Assembly (NCBI GenBank): GCA_963789015.1
Contig: CAWBIU010000001.1
Location: 1,203,989-1,267,988, forward strand
Origin: an uncultured Actinomycetes bacterium
Lineage (GTDB): Bacteria > Actinomycetota > Thermoleophilia > Solirubrobacterales > Solirubrobacteraceae
DNA length: 64,000 bases
Direction: 5' to 3'
The notes under the pieces were generated by a model. The model was not told where the DNA came from. It ran no database searches and saw only the letters and a list, made by a program, of their open reading frames with translations. Every line of letters starts with the position of its first letter. Position 1 is the stretch's first letter. Below are positions 27,666 to 39,382 of this stretch, piece by piece. Made by a program: the position numbers and the translations under genes.

Positions 27666-28892
27666 GTGGCCGTCGTCACCGGCGCGGACATCGAGCGTGT
27701 GTTCCGCGAGGAGCACGGCCGCGCGGTGGCCGTCCTCGTCCGCGTCTTCGGCGACATCGACGTCGCCGAGGAGGCGGTCCAGGACGCCTTCGCCGAGGCG
27801 GTGCGGCGCTGGCCCTCGGCCGGCCTGCCGCCGAGCCCGGCCGGCTGGATCATCACCACGGCCCGCAACCGCGCCATCGACCGGCTGCGCCGCGAGGCCT
27901 CCCGCGAGGACCGCCACGCGCAGGCCGCGCTCCTGCACGCCCGCGACGAGTCGCCCGAGGAGGAGGGTCCCGTGCGCGACGATCGCCTGCGCCTGATCTT
28001 CACCTGCTGCCATCCCGCGCTCGCCGAGCCATCGCGCGTCGCGCTCACGCTGCGCCTGCTCGGCGGCCTGACGACGGCCGAGATCGCCCGCGCCTTCCTC
28101 GTCGCCGAGCCGGCCATGGCGCAGCGCATCGTGCGCGCCAAGGCCAAGATCCGCGACGCCCGGATCCCGTACCGCGTGCCCGACGACGCCGACCTGCCCG
28201 AGCGCCTGCGCGCGGTCCTCGCCGTCGTCTACCTGATCTTCAACGAGGGCCACACGGCGAGCGCGGGCGATCGCCTCGTCCGCGAGGACCTGTGCCGCGA
28301 GGCGATCCGCCTCGGCCGGCTGCTCGCCGCGCTGATGCCCGACGAGCCCGAGGTCGCGGGGCTGCTCGCGCTCATGCTGCTCGTCGAGTCGCGCCGCGCG
28401 GCGCGCACGGACGACGAGGGGCGGCTCGTGCTGCTCGCCGACCAGGACCGCGGCCGCTGGGACCGCGCGCTCGTCGGCGAGGGCCAGGCGATCGTGCGGC
28501 GCCTGCTCGCCCTGAACCACCCCGGCCCCTACCAGGTGCAGGCGGCGATCCAGGCGGTGCACAGCGACGCGCCCGCGGCGGCCGCGACCGACTGGGGTCA
28601 GATCGTCGCGCTCTACGACCAGCTCATCGCGCTCGCGCCGAGCCCCGTCGTCGCGCTCAACCGCGCCGTCGCGGTCGGCGAGGCCGACGGGCCGGAGGCC
28701 GCGCTCGCGCTGGTCGACGACCTCGACCTCGACAGCTACCACCTGTTCCACGCGATCCGCGCCGACCTCCTGCGCCGTCTCGCACGCGACGCCGAAGCCG
28801 CCCAGGCCTACGACGCGGCCCTCGCGCACACCGCCAACGCGACCGAGCGGGAGTTCCTCGAGCGCCGCCGGCGCGAGATCGTCGGCGGCTAG
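27666..28892 (+). CDS. ECF-type RNA polymerase sigma factor with a long C-terminal helical (DUF6596/TPR-like) extension
   Basis: GTG 27666. Sigma-2 region ([27 protein letters not shown]). Sigma-4 region ([20 protein letters not shown]). YciI-sigma pairing. Confidence 0.8.
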   Translation: MAVVTGADIERVFREEHGRAVAVLVRVFGDIDVAEEAVQDAFAEAVRRWPSAGLPPSPAGWIITTARNRAIDRLRREASREDRHAQAALLHARDESPEEEGPVRDDRLRLIFTCCHPALAEPSRVALTLRLLGGLTTAEIARAFLVAEPAMAQRIVRAKAKIRDARIPYRVPDDADLPERLRAVLAVVYLIFNEGHTASAGDRLVREDLCREAIRLGRLLAALMPDEPEVAGLLALMLLVESRRAARTDDEGRLVLLADQDRGRWDRALVGEGQAIVRRLLALNHPGPYQVQAAIQAVHSDAPAAAATDWGQIVALYDQLIALAPSPVVALNRAVAVGEADGPEAALALVDDLDLDSYHLFHAIRADLLRRLARDAEAAQAYDAALAHTANATEREFLERRRREIVGG

Positions 28893-29176
28893 CGCTTCCG
28901 GCGCCAGACGAGCAGCGCGCCGGCGAGGGCGCCGAGCAGCGCGCTGACCGCGATCACGACGATCAGCGGCGAGTCGCGCGTGACGACGAGGTAGTCGACG
29001 GAAACGCTGTGGTCGTTGGAGACGCCGAAGGCGATGAGCAGGAAGGCCACGGCGATCGCGGCGATCGTCTTGGACGCGATCGCGCGCTGCTTGCGCACCG
29101 GGGGCGCGGAGCCCTCGCCGGTGGGCAGCCGTCCCAGATCATCGGCCATGGCCGGAGCGTAGCGATGCGCCATCAT
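28889..29176 (-). CDS. LapA/DUF1049-like small membrane protein
   Basis: Two TM helices, C-terminal WRRKR. The start is uncertain (29176 or 29149). Confidence 0.6.
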   Translation of the reverse strand: MMAHRYAPAMADDLGRLPTGEGSAPPVRKQRAIASKTIAAIAVAFLLIAFGVSNDHSVSVDYLVVTRDSPLIVVIAVSALLGALAGALLVWRRKR

Positions 29177-29187
29177 GCGCCGCCCCG

Positions 29188-29850
29188 ATGACCCCCGCCG
29201 CCGCCATCTTCGACCACGACGGGCTCACGCTCGACACCGAGACGGCGTGGACGCGCGCCGAGTCGGCCCTGTTCGCCCGCCACGGCGTGACGTTCGCGCC
29301 CGAGCACAAGCGCGACCTGCTCGGCAACTCGCGCGCGGCCGCCGCGGCCAAGCTCGAGCGCCACCTCGACCTGCCCGGGCGCGGCGATGCGCTCATGGAC
29401 GATCTGCACGTGCTCGTCATGGAGGAGCTGCGCAGCGGGGTCGAGGCGATGCCCGGCGCCGTCGAGCTGCTGCGGGCGCTGCGCGAGGGCGGCGTCCCCG
29501 TCGCGATGGCCTCCAACTCGCCGGGCGAGTTCGTGGAGCTCGCCCTGTCGGGCGGCAGCCTGTCCGGCGCCTTCGACGCGATCGTCACCGCCGACCTCGT
29601 CGCCCGGCCCAAGCCGGCGCCCGACGTCTACCTCGCCGCGGCCGCGGCGCTCGGCGCGCAGCCCGGCGACTGCGTCGCGCTCGAGGACTCGCCGCCCGGC
29701 GTCGCGGCCGCCGTGGCCGCCGGGATGACCGTCGTCGGCGTGCCGTCGCTGGCCGGCGTCAGCCTCGAGGGCGCCCACCTCGTCGTCGAGTCACTGGCCG
29801 ACCCGCGCGTGTACGAGATCCTCGGGCTCGCGCCGGCCACCGCGCCGTAA
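29188..29850 (+). CDS. HAD-superfamily hydrolase (beta-phosphoglucomutase-like subfamily IA)
   Basis: AAIFDHDGLTLDTE motif I, SNS motif II, EDSPPGV motif III/IV. Confidence 0.85.
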   Translation: MTPAAAIFDHDGLTLDTETAWTRAESALFARHGVTFAPEHKRDLLGNSRAAAAAKLERHLDLPGRGDALMDDLHVLVMEELRSGVEAMPGAVELLRALREGGVPVAMASNSPGEFVELALSGGSLSGAFDAIVTADLVARPKPAPDVYLAAAAALGAQPGDCVALEDSPPGVAAAVAAGMTVVGVPSLAGVSLEGAHLVVESLADPRVYEILGLAPATAP

Positions 29851-29860
29851 GCTGGGAGGG

Positions 29861-30889
29861 GTGCCCAGCGCGGCGATCGGCGACGACCTCACGAACTTCA
29901 TCAGCGCGGTCGGCGACTTCTTCTCGCGGCTGGCGGAGATCAATCTCGGCGCCCTCGTCATCGCGCTCGCGTTCTTCGGGATCTACCTCACGCTGCGCTC
30001 GCGCGCGTTCTTCCACGTCCTGCAGGCGGCCTATCCCGACGTCCCCATCGCCTTCCGGCGGATCTGGGGCGCATACATCGCCGCGTACGGCTTCAACAAC
30101 GTCGTGCCGGCGCGCGGCGGCGACGTCATCAAGCTGTTCCTGGTCAAGAACTCGATCCCGACCTCGACGTACTCGGCGGTCGGGGCCGCGTTCTTCGTCG
30201 AGCTCGTCTTCGATGCGGTGATGGGCGTCTTCATCCTCACCTTCGCCTTCACCCAGGGCGTCTTCCCCAAGCCGCCGGACTTCGCGAAGCTCAACGCCTT
30301 CGACCTGTCGTTCTTCGCCGGGCACCCGCGCTTCACGCTGTTCCTGCTCACCGTGCTCGCCGTCGGCGGGCTGATCGCCTTCGCGCTGCTGTCGCGGCGC
30401 GTGCGCGCGTTCTGGGCCCGCGTGCGCCAGGGCCTGACGATCCTGCGTGATCGCCGGCGCTACCTGCGCGAGGTCTTCGCCGTCCAGTTCGCGGGCTGGC
30501 TGTGCCGCTTCACGGCGTTCTGGTTCCTGCTCGAGGCGTTCAACATCGGCGGCTCGGTGAAGAACGTCCTGCTCGTGCTCGGCGTCAACGCGGTCGCCGC
30601 GGCGGTGCCCTTCACGCCCGGCGGCGCCGGCGTGCAGCAGGCGTTCCTGGTGCAGGTGTTCAGCGGCGTCGCGCTGGCCTCGACGGTGGCCGCCTACTCG
30701 GTCGGCCAGCAGATCGCCATCGCCGTGTTCTCGCTCAGCATGGGCTTCATCGCCCTGGTGACGATCTTCCACTTCCGCTCGTTCCGCGACGTGATCGCGG
30801 CGGGCCGGGCGGACCGGCAGGCCGACCGCGACGCGGCGGCCGACCGGGGCGCTACTGCAGCCCCTGCCGGGCCTCGCGCACGAGCGTGA
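29861..30889 (+). CDS. Lysylphosphatidylglycerol-synthase-TM-region / UPF0104 flippase-like membrane protein
   Basis: 342-aa polytopic protein with PARGGDVIKL and PFTPGGAGVQQ motifs. Confidence 0.7.
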   Translation: MPSAAIGDDLTNFISAVGDFFSRLAEINLGALVIALAFFGIYLTLRSRAFFHVLQAAYPDVPIAFRRIWGAYIAAYGFNNVVPARGGDVIKLFLVKNSIPTSTYSAVGAAFFVELVFDAVMGVFILTFAFTQGVFPKPPDFAKLNAFDLSFFAGHPRFTLFLLTVLAVGGLIAFALLSRRVRAFWARVRQGLTILRDRRRYLREVFAVQFAGWLCRFTAFWFLLEAFNIGGSVKNVLLVLGVNAVAAAVPFTPGGAGVQQAFLVQVFSGVALASTVAAYSVGQQIAIAVFSLSMGFIALVTIFHFRSFRDVIAAGRADRQADRDAAADRGATAAPAGPRARA

Positions 30890-31118
30890 CCGCCTCCGGA
30901 AAGACGGTCGCCATCACCGTGCGGATCTGCTCGGCCTGCTCCTGGGTCGTGCCCTGGATGTTGACGCGGTTGATCGAGGCGACCGTCAGGTCGACGGCGA
31001 GCTTGATCGCGTTGTCGGCCCACGCCAGCTTCTGCTGGCCCTGGAGCTGCTCGGCGAACTCGCCCATCCGCCGCTGGAGCTCGTCAGGATCGCCGAAGAG
31101 TCCTCCGAAGCCTTCCAT
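30852..31118 (-). CDS. Small hypothetical protein, weakly YbaB/EbfC-like
   Basis: The last 88 codons of ORF 30852..31805 have coding-like composition: MEGFGGLFGDPDELQRRMGEFAEQLQ.... The upstream part of that ORF is an Arg-rich artefact. Confidence 0.5.
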   Translation of the reverse strand: MEGFGGLFGDPDELQRRMGEFAEQLQGQQKLAWADNAIKLAVDLTVASINRVNIQGTTQEQAEQIRTVMATVFPEAVTLVREARQGLQ

Positions 31119-31154
31119 GGCCCAATCGTAGCGAGCGCCGCGCGGCGGCCCGGC

Positions 31155-31904
31155 GTGGTTACGCTGGCGACAATGGAGACCGTCGAAGGCGCCGGGGTCG
31201 CGCTCGCCTACGCCGAGCAGGGCATGGGTCCGCCGGTGCTGCTGGTGCACGGGCTCGCCTCCGACGCGGCGGCGATGGCGCCGCTCGCCGACGCGCTGGC
31301 GCCCGACGCGCGCGTCATTTCCTACGACCGTCGCGGCTACGGCGCGAGCGGGGCTCCCGAGCCCTACGGCGGCACGAGCGTCGAGGAGCAGGCCGAGGAC
31401 GCCGCGGCGCTGCTGCGCGCGCTCGGCGCGGCGCCCGCGATCGTCTGCGGCGACGGCTTCGGCGCGCTCGTGGCGCTTGACCTGGCCAAGCGCCACGGCG
31501 GCCTGGTCCGGGGGATCGTCGCCTCCAACCCGGTGCTCTTCGCGCTCGTCCCCGAGGCGACGGAGATCCTCTCGGCCCAGCGCGCCGAGCTCGAGGAGGC
31601 GCTGCGCTCGGGCGGGCCGGCGGCGGGCGTCGAGGCGTGGCTCGGCGGGCGCGTGGACGGCGAGGCGCTCGACCGCGCGCGGGCCGCCCACCGCGGCTTC
31701 TTCGCCGACTACGCCGGGCTGGCGACGTGGTCGGCGTCGCGCCGCGAGCTGCGCGCGCTGGCCGTGCCCGCCGTCGTCCTCAGCGGCCCGTCGACGCCGG
31801 ACCACGTGGCGGCCGCAGCCGACGCGCTCGCCGCGCTGCTGCCGCAGGCCACGCGCGCTAGGGACGGCGACATGGCCGCCGCGGCGCGCGCGCTGCTGCG
31901 CTGA
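31155..31904 (+). CDS. Alpha/beta hydrolase fold protein
   Basis: LLVHGLASD oxyanion region and GDGFGA nucleophile-elbow-like motif. The start may be ATG 31174. Confidence 0.7.
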   Translation: MVTLATMETVEGAGVALAYAEQGMGPPVLLVHGLASDAAAMAPLADALAPDARVISYDRRGYGASGAPEPYGGTSVEEQAEDAAALLRALGAAPAIVCGDGFGALVALDLAKRHGGLVRGIVASNPVLFALVPEATEILSAQRAELEEALRSGGPAAGVEAWLGGRVDGEALDRARAAHRGFFADYAGLATWSASRRELRALAVPAVVLSGPSTPDHVAAAADALAALLPQATRARDGDMAAAARALLR

Positions 31905-31907
31905 CGG

Positions 31908-32357
31908 TCAGCCGCCGCGGTCGTGGAAGTAGAAGTCCGGCAGCGCGGCGCGCGTGACCTGCGCGGTGATCGAGGCGGCGAGCTCGAGGTCGCCGATCCG
32001 CGCGGCGAGGTCGTCGAGCGTGACGATGCCGCGCAGCTCGCCGTCGTCGACGATCGGGAGGCGGCGGATGCCGTGGCCGGCCATGAGCTGCGTGGCCTCG
32101 GTGACGTCCATCCCCGGGCCCGCGGTGACGACCGGGCTCGACGCGTGGTCCGACGCGCTGGCGTCGCCGCCGTGGCCGTCGGCGAGCACGCTGACGGCGA
32201 GGTCGCGGTCGGTGATGAAGCCGACCAGCTCGCCGTCCTCGCCGACCAGGACCACCGAGCCGACGTTGCGCTCGCGCATGACCTCGGCGACGTGGCGGAC
32301 GGGCACGTCGGCGGCCGCGGTGACCACCGACTCCGTCATGACCTCGCGGATCTCCAT
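31908..32357 (-). CDS. CBS-domain pair protein
   Basis: ATG 32357. Two CBS motifs: VMTESVVT...GFITDRDL and ...RRLPIVDDGELRGIVTLDDL. Confidence 0.85.
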   Translation of the reverse strand: MEIREVMTESVVTAAADVPVRHVAEVMRERNVGSVVLVGEDGELVGFITDRDLAVSVLADGHGGDASASDHASSPVVTAGPGMDVTEATQLMAGHGIRRLPIVDDGELRGIVTLDDLAARIGDLELAASITAQVTRAALPDFYFHDRGG

Positions 32358-32430
32358 CGCCTCGCGGACTCTAACCGTAAGATCTGCGACCCGTGAGGCC
32401 GCCGTCCCCCACCGAGCGGGCCGACCGCTG

Positions 32431-33441
32431 ATGGCCGAAGAGCCGCTCGACCCGACACCCGACTCCGACCAGGGTCCCAGCGAGGACCCGCTCGAATGGG
32501 AGGCGCGCAACGCCAAGCGCGCCGGCTACCTGGCGCTCGCGGCCGGCGCCACGACGCTGCTCGGCTCGGTCATCTCGGCCCTCGCCCAGAGCTCGGTGCC
32601 CGACGCCGAGAACCGCGTCCTCACGGTCGTCGACACGCTGCGCCTGGCCGCCGAGGGGCGGCCGATCCCGCCCGGGCGCCTCGCCGAGATCGCGCTGTAC
32701 CTCGGCGATCATCCGCTGCCGTTCATCCTCGGCGGCATTCTCATCGGCCTCGGCGGCCTGTTCGCCTTCGCGCCGCTCGCGTACCTCTTCCGCGCCGCGC
32801 GCAACCGTCGCGGCCAGCTGCCGCAGATCGCGCTCATCTCCGCCGCGATCGGCGCCGTCGGCTACGGCGTCGGGCAGGCGATCACGCGCACCTCGTACTA
32901 CGTCGGCGCCTCGAACTTCCAGGACAGCGCCGACAAGTCCAACTCGGCCGCGGGCGACGCGCTGAACAACTCGGGTGTCGTGGTGGGCGGCCTGATCGCC
33001 CAGATCGGACAGATCGCGCTCGCCGTCGCCTTCGCGCTCGTCGCCCTGAACGCGATGCGCGTCGGTCTGCTCACCCGCTTCCAGGGCGTGCTCGGCATGA
33101 TCGTCGGCGCCACGCTGATCCTGCCGCTCGACCAGTTCGGGCTCATCCGCTCGGCCTGGCTCGTGCTCGTCGGCCTGCTCATCCTGTCGGTCTGGCCGCG
33201 CCAGCGCCCGCCGGCGTGGTCGGTGGCCGAGGCCGTCCCGTGGCCGAGCCAGCAGCAGATCCGCGAGGAGCGCGACGCGGCGCGGCGCGAGCGAGACGGC
33301 GGCGGCGACGAGCCGCGCGGCCGTGGTCGCGACACCCGCGACGCCGACAAGGCGCCGCCGCCCCGAGCGCCCCAGCCGCGGCGCCCCGAGGCCTCGCCGC
33401 ATCCCTCGTCGCAGAAGCGCAAGCGCAAGCGGCGCTCCTGA
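32431..33441 (+). CDS. Hypothetical integral membrane protein with a basic C-terminal tail
   Basis: ATG 32431. At least 5 TM segments. The C-terminus is rich in R/K/P (..SSQKRKRKRRS). Confidence 0.6.
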   Translation: MAEEPLDPTPDSDQGPSEDPLEWEARNAKRAGYLALAAGATTLLGSVISALAQSSVPDAENRVLTVVDTLRLAAEGRPIPPGRLAEIALYLGDHPLPFILGGILIGLGGLFAFAPLAYLFRAARNRRGQLPQIALISAAIGAVGYGVGQAITRTSYYVGASNFQDSADKSNSAAGDALNNSGVVVGGLIAQIGQIALAVAFALVALNAMRVGLLTRFQGVLGMIVGATLILPLDQFGLIRSAWLVLVGLLILSVWPRQRPPAWSVAEAVPWPSQQQIREERDAARRERDGGGDEPRGRGRDTRDADKAPPPRAPQPRRPEASPHPSSQKRKRKRRS

Positions 33442-33457
33442 GGGTTGCGCGCAAGAC

Positions 33458-33479
33458 GGGCGCCCGGAGCCGGGCGCCC
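33458..33479. terminator. GC-rich hairpin between convergent genes (putative bidirectional terminator)
   Basis: GGGCGCCCGG-AG-CCGGGCGCCC is a perfect inverted repeat. It lies between stop 33441 (+) and stop 33500 (-). Confidence 0.5.
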
Positions 33480-33499
33480 GCCCTGCCGCCTTGCCACCT

Positions 33500-35098
33500 C
33501 TAGTGCGGCGTGAGCGCCTTCTCGGCGCCGAGCCCCGTCTCGGCCCGCACGTGGAGCTCGTGGAACGTGTGCTCGGCCGTCTCCTCGCGCGACAACAGGG
33601 TCCCCAGGATGCAGCCGAGGAAGCCCATCGGGATCGAGATGATGCCCGGGTTGTTGAGGTCGTAGAAGGAGAACGCGCCGGTGTTCGGCTCGCCGGGCGG
33701 GCCGCCCCAGACGATCGGGCTGATGATGATCAGCGCGAGCGCCGAGGTCACCCCGGCGAACACGCCGCAGACCGCGCCGGTCGTGTTGAAGCGCGGCCAG
33801 GTGAGCGCGAGCAGTAGCGCGGGGAAGTTCGCGCTGGCCGCGATCGCGAACGCCAGGCCGACCATGAACGAGACGTTCAGCCCCTCGCCGCCGACGATCG
33901 CGATGAACATGGCGATGACGCCGATCGCCACCGCGGCGATCTTGGCCACCCACACCTCCTCGCGCTCGGAGTCCTTGCCCTTGCGGATCACGCTCGACCA
34001 GATGTCGTGCGAGACCGCCGCCGACGAGGACAGCACGAGGCCGGCGACGACCGCGAGGATCGTCGCGAAGGCGACGCCGGCGATCACGGCCAGGAAGAGG
34101 TCGCCGCCGAACGTGCCCTCACCGCCGCCGAGCTCCTGCGCGAGGTTCGGCGCGGCCAGGTTGCCGCCCGAGCCCGCCGCCTCGACGCCGCCCTCGCCGA
34201 GGATGGCGCGGGCGCCGAAGCCGATGACCGTCGTCAGCAGGTAGAAGAAGCCGATCAGGAACATCGCCCACACCACCGAGCTGCGCGCCGCCTTGGCGTT
34301 CGGCACGGTGAAGAAGCGCATCAGGATGTGCGGCAAGCCGGCGGTGCCGAGCACGAGCGCGAGGCCGAGCGAGATCTTGTCGACGTCGTTCTTCAGGAAC
34401 GTGCCCGGGGCGAGCGAGAACGTCGTCTCGGGACCGGTCGCCTCCTCGGCGCGGTTGAACAGCTCGATCGGGTTGAAGCCCACCCGCTCGAGCACGAAGA
34501 TCGACATCACGACGATGCCGCACATGAGCAGGACGGCCTTGATGATCTGCACCCAGGTCGTGGCCAGCATGCCGCCGAAGACGACGTAGCAGAGCATGAA
34601 CGTGCCGGTGATGAGCACGGACAGCGTGAAGTCGATGCCGACGAGCGCCTGGATGAGCACGCCCGCGCCGACCATCTGCGCGATCAGGTAGAAGGCGGCC
34701 ACGGCCAGCGTCCCGGTGGCGGCGGCGACGCGCGCCGGGCGCTCCTTGAGGCGGAAGGCGAGGACGTCGGCGATCGTGTACTTGCCCGCGTTTCGCATCC
34801 GCTCGGCGAGCAGGAACATCACCGTCAGGAAGGCGACGAGGAAGCCGATCGAGTACAGGAAACCGTCGAACCCGTACAGGTAGATCAGGCCGGCGATCCC
34901 CAGGAAGGACGCGGCCGACAGGTAGTCGCCGGAGATCGCCAGCCCGTTCTGGGAGCCGGTGATGTTGCGCCCGGCGGCGTAGAACGTCGCGGCGCCGGTC
35001 ATCCGCTTCGATGCCCAGAACGTGATGCCGAGCGTGATCGACAGGACGATCGCGAAGATGACCAGCGCGGTGGTGTTGACAGCGGCGATCGGGGTCAT
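33500..35098 (-). CDS. actP: Cation/acetate symporter ActP (SSS family)
   Basis: 532-aa SSS-family protein. Preceded by a DUF485 gene with an ATGA overlap and divergent from acs. Confidence 0.88.
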   Translation of the reverse strand: MTPIAAVNTTALVIFAIVLSITLGITFWASKRMTGAATFYAAGRNITGSQNGLAISGDYLSAASFLGIAGLIYLYGFDGFLYSIGFLVAFLTVMFLLAERMRNAGKYTIADVLAFRLKERPARVAAATGTLAVAAFYLIAQMVGAGVLIQALVGIDFTLSVLITGTFMLCYVVFGGMLATTWVQIIKAVLLMCGIVVMSIFVLERVGFNPIELFNRAEEATGPETTFSLAPGTFLKNDVDKISLGLALVLGTAGLPHILMRFFTVPNAKAARSSVVWAMFLIGFFYLLTTVIGFGARAILGEGGVEAAGSGGNLAAPNLAQELGGGEGTFGGDLFLAVIAGVAFATILAVVAGLVLSSSAAVSHDIWSSVIRKGKDSEREEVWVAKIAAVAIGVIAMFIAIVGGEGLNVSFMVGLAFAIAASANFPALLLALTWPRFNTTGAVCGVFAGVTSALALIIISPIVWGGPPGEPNTGAFSFYDLNNPGIISIPMGFLGCILGTLLSREETAEHTFHELHVRAETGLGAEKALTPH

Positions 35099-35538
35099 CG
35101 CACGGCCTCCGAGGTCGGCTCGACGCGGCCTCCGAGGCGCGCACCGTCACGGTCGACCACCTCGGGGTGCTTCTCCACGTAGACCTCGATCGTCTTGTCG
35201 GCGAGCGGGTCGAACACCTTCTCGGACTTCTTCAGGTACATGATCCCGAGCACGAGGACCATCAGGAACTGGCTCAGCGCGAGCACGTAGCCCACGGTCA
35301 GCCCCTGGTAGACGCTCTCGCCCATGAAGTCGGGCGCGACCGCCGTGAGGATGACGAAGCCCATGTACCAGCTCAGGAAGAAGATCGTCCCCGGGATCAC
35401 GAACGATCGCCGGGCACGGACCAGCTCCTGGAACTCGGGCTCACGCTCGATCTCGTCCCAGTCGATCTGGGGCTCGCTCGAGGCCTGCGAGGCGGCCCCG
35501 CCGTCGCCTTCGCGGGCAGGGGTCAGCGGTTCAGCCAT
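35095..35538 (-). CDS. DUF485 (YjcH-like) membrane protein
   Basis: EFQELVRARRSFVIPGTIFFLSWYMGF and two TM helices. Canonical partner of ActP. Confidence 0.85.
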   Translation of the reverse strand: MAEPLTPAREGDGGAASQASSEPQIDWDEIEREPEFQELVRARRSFVIPGTIFFLSWYMGFVILTAVAPDFMGESVYQGLTVGYVLALSQFLMVLVLGIMYLKKSEKVFDPLADKTIEVYVEKHPEVVDRDGARLGGRVEPTSEAVR

Positions 35539-35726
35539 CTTCCCTCTCCTCCATTAGACCGGGACGACGCTCTCCGGCCCGTGGTTACCCCGCGCACCGG
35601 AGCGCGAATCCGTCCCCGGAAGTGGCCTCGACGGTCCGCGCGTGGTACACGTGCCCGACGGGCAGTGCACGCGTCGGGGGGCGCGGGTAGCCCCGTGCAG
35701 GACTGAGGCGACAAGAGGAGAGGACC

Positions 35727-37731
<2,005 letters not shown>

Positions 37732-37753
37732 CGGTCCCATCCGCAGATACCCG

Positions 37754-37789
37754 CACCGCCAGGCGGCCGGCGATCACCGCCTGGCGGTG
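37754..37789. terminator. Perfect 13-bp stem hairpin downstream of acs
   Basis: CACCGCCAGGCGG - 10 nt - CCGCCTGGCGGTG, 23 nt after the acs stop. Confidence 0.55.
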
Positions 37790-37839
37790 TCCTCGACCCT
37801 TGAAATGCCTGGAGGCATTCCTGCGGGTCTGCGTCCTTG

Positions 37840-37864
37840 CCAGGCGGCGCCGCCGACCGCCTGG
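37840..37864. terminator. Second hairpin carrying the same CCAGGCGG/CCGCCTGG arms
   Basis: CCAGGCGG - 9 nt - CCGCCTGG. A third small hairpin, AATGCC-TGGA-GGCATT, lies at 37804..37819. Confidence 0.4.
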
Positions 37865-37906
37865 ACGGCACGCGTACCTATGGACGGAACCGCTTAGCGG
37901 TCCGGC

Positions 37907-38429
37907 TCAGCGACCGAGCGTGCGGGCGATGGAGCGCGCCCGGGCGGGGACGTCCGCGATCCCACGGCGGACGGCCGACAGCCCGGCGCGCACCTCCTCG
38001 TCGCCCACGTCCACCGGCAGCAGTGAGTCCTGGAGGCTGGCGAGCACGCCGTCAGCCTCCAGCACGCTGCCGACGGCGCGCTCGATCTGGCCGGGGGCCC
38101 GCAGCGATGCCGGGCCGGGCGACGGCCGGCTCGAACGTGCGCCCGGGGAGCCCGTGGCGCTCGGCGAAGCCCGCGTGTGTCCGCCGCGCCTGGCCGTAGG
38201 CGAGCTGCAGCGGCCGGAAGAGCTCGTCCTCGAGCCGGTCCGCGTTGCGCTCGTCGAGCTGCTCGTAGGCCTCGCCGGCAGCGGCGAGCGCCACGGCCAG
38301 CGCCTCGGTGGCCCGGGCGAGGTCGTCGAGCAGCTCCTGTCGTCCATCCTGAGCCTTGTACGCGATGCAGCCCAGGGTAGTGAGTCGCGACCCGCCCGCC
38401 CGAGCCGCCTCCGGGTGTGCTGAACTCAC
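37907..38429 (-). pseudogene. Hypothetical helical protein, frame broken in the GGGGG run 38093-38097
   Basis: ..QDGRQELLDDLARATEALAVALAAAGEAYEQLDERNADRLEDELFRPLQLAYGQ...GIAAGP continues as GQIERAVGSVLEADGVLASLQDSLLPVDVGDEEV... in the next frame. The start (GTG 38429) is uncertain. Confidence 0.5.
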
Positions 38430-38435
38430 GGCGCG

Positions 38436-39358
38436 ATGTGCCCGTTCTCGTCGAGCCACCTCGGCGCCCCGCCGCGCCGGGTCGGCCTCGCGCTGCATCC
38501 GCGCCGCGACGTCGGCGAGGCGCTGGCCACCGTCGCCGCGTGGGCGCTGGCGACCGGGATCGACGCTCGCCGGGCCGCACGACGAGCGCCTCCCCGACGG
38601 GATCGAGCAGCGTCCGCCGGACGCGGTGGCGGAGGGCTGCGACCTCGTGCTCGCGCTGGGCGGCGACGGCACGATGCTCGGCGCGATGCGCATGGCCGCG
38701 CCGCGCGGCGTGCCCGTGCTCGGCGCCAACCTCGGGCGGCTCGGCTACCTCACCGAGGTCGACGGCGGGCACCTCGGCGAGGCGCTCGACGCGCTCGCCA
38801 ATGGCGCCTTCGCGATCGAGGAGCGCTCCACGCTTCGCGCCGAGTGGGAGGAGCACCCCGGTCGCCGGCAGCAGGTGGCCTACAACGACGTCGTGCTCAG
38901 CCGCGAGCCCGGCCGCGGGCAGGCCGCGCTCGGCCTCAGCGTCGACGGCCAGCTGCTCGTGCGCTACGCCAGCGACGGCGTGATCGCGGCCACGCCCGGC
39001 GGCTCGACCGGCTACAGCTTCGCCGCCGGCGGCCCGATCGTCTCGCCGCAGACGCGGGCGATGATCGTGACGCCCGACTCGCCGCACGGGCTGTTCAACC
39101 GCGCCGTCGTGCTCGGCCACGAGGAGAGCCTCGGCGTCGAGGTCCTCGCCAGGAGCGCCCCGGTCGTGCTCGAGGTCGACGGGCGGCTCATGGGCCGCCT
39201 GGGCCGTGGCGGCGAGGTCGACCGTCACGCCGCACGCGACGCCCGCGCTCGTCGTGCGGCTCGGGTCGGCGGGCTTCGCCGAGCGCGCGCGTCGCAAGCT
39301 CGGCATCACCGACCCGGCGAACCTGGCCGACTACGACCTGGCCGGCCACGAGCGCTGA
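38436..39358 (+). pseudogene. ppnK: NAD kinase, frame broken twice (38565 and 39220)
   Basis: The three pieces are RRVGLALHPRRDVGEALATVAAWALATGID / LAGPHDE...DLVLALGGDGTML...ATPGGSTGYSFAAGGPIV...GGEV / TVTPHATPALVVRLGSAGFAERARRKLGI...GHER*. Each junction skips one G. Confidence 0.85.
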
Positions 39359-39382
39359 CGCGTCGCGGCCGGCCGCGGCCGG

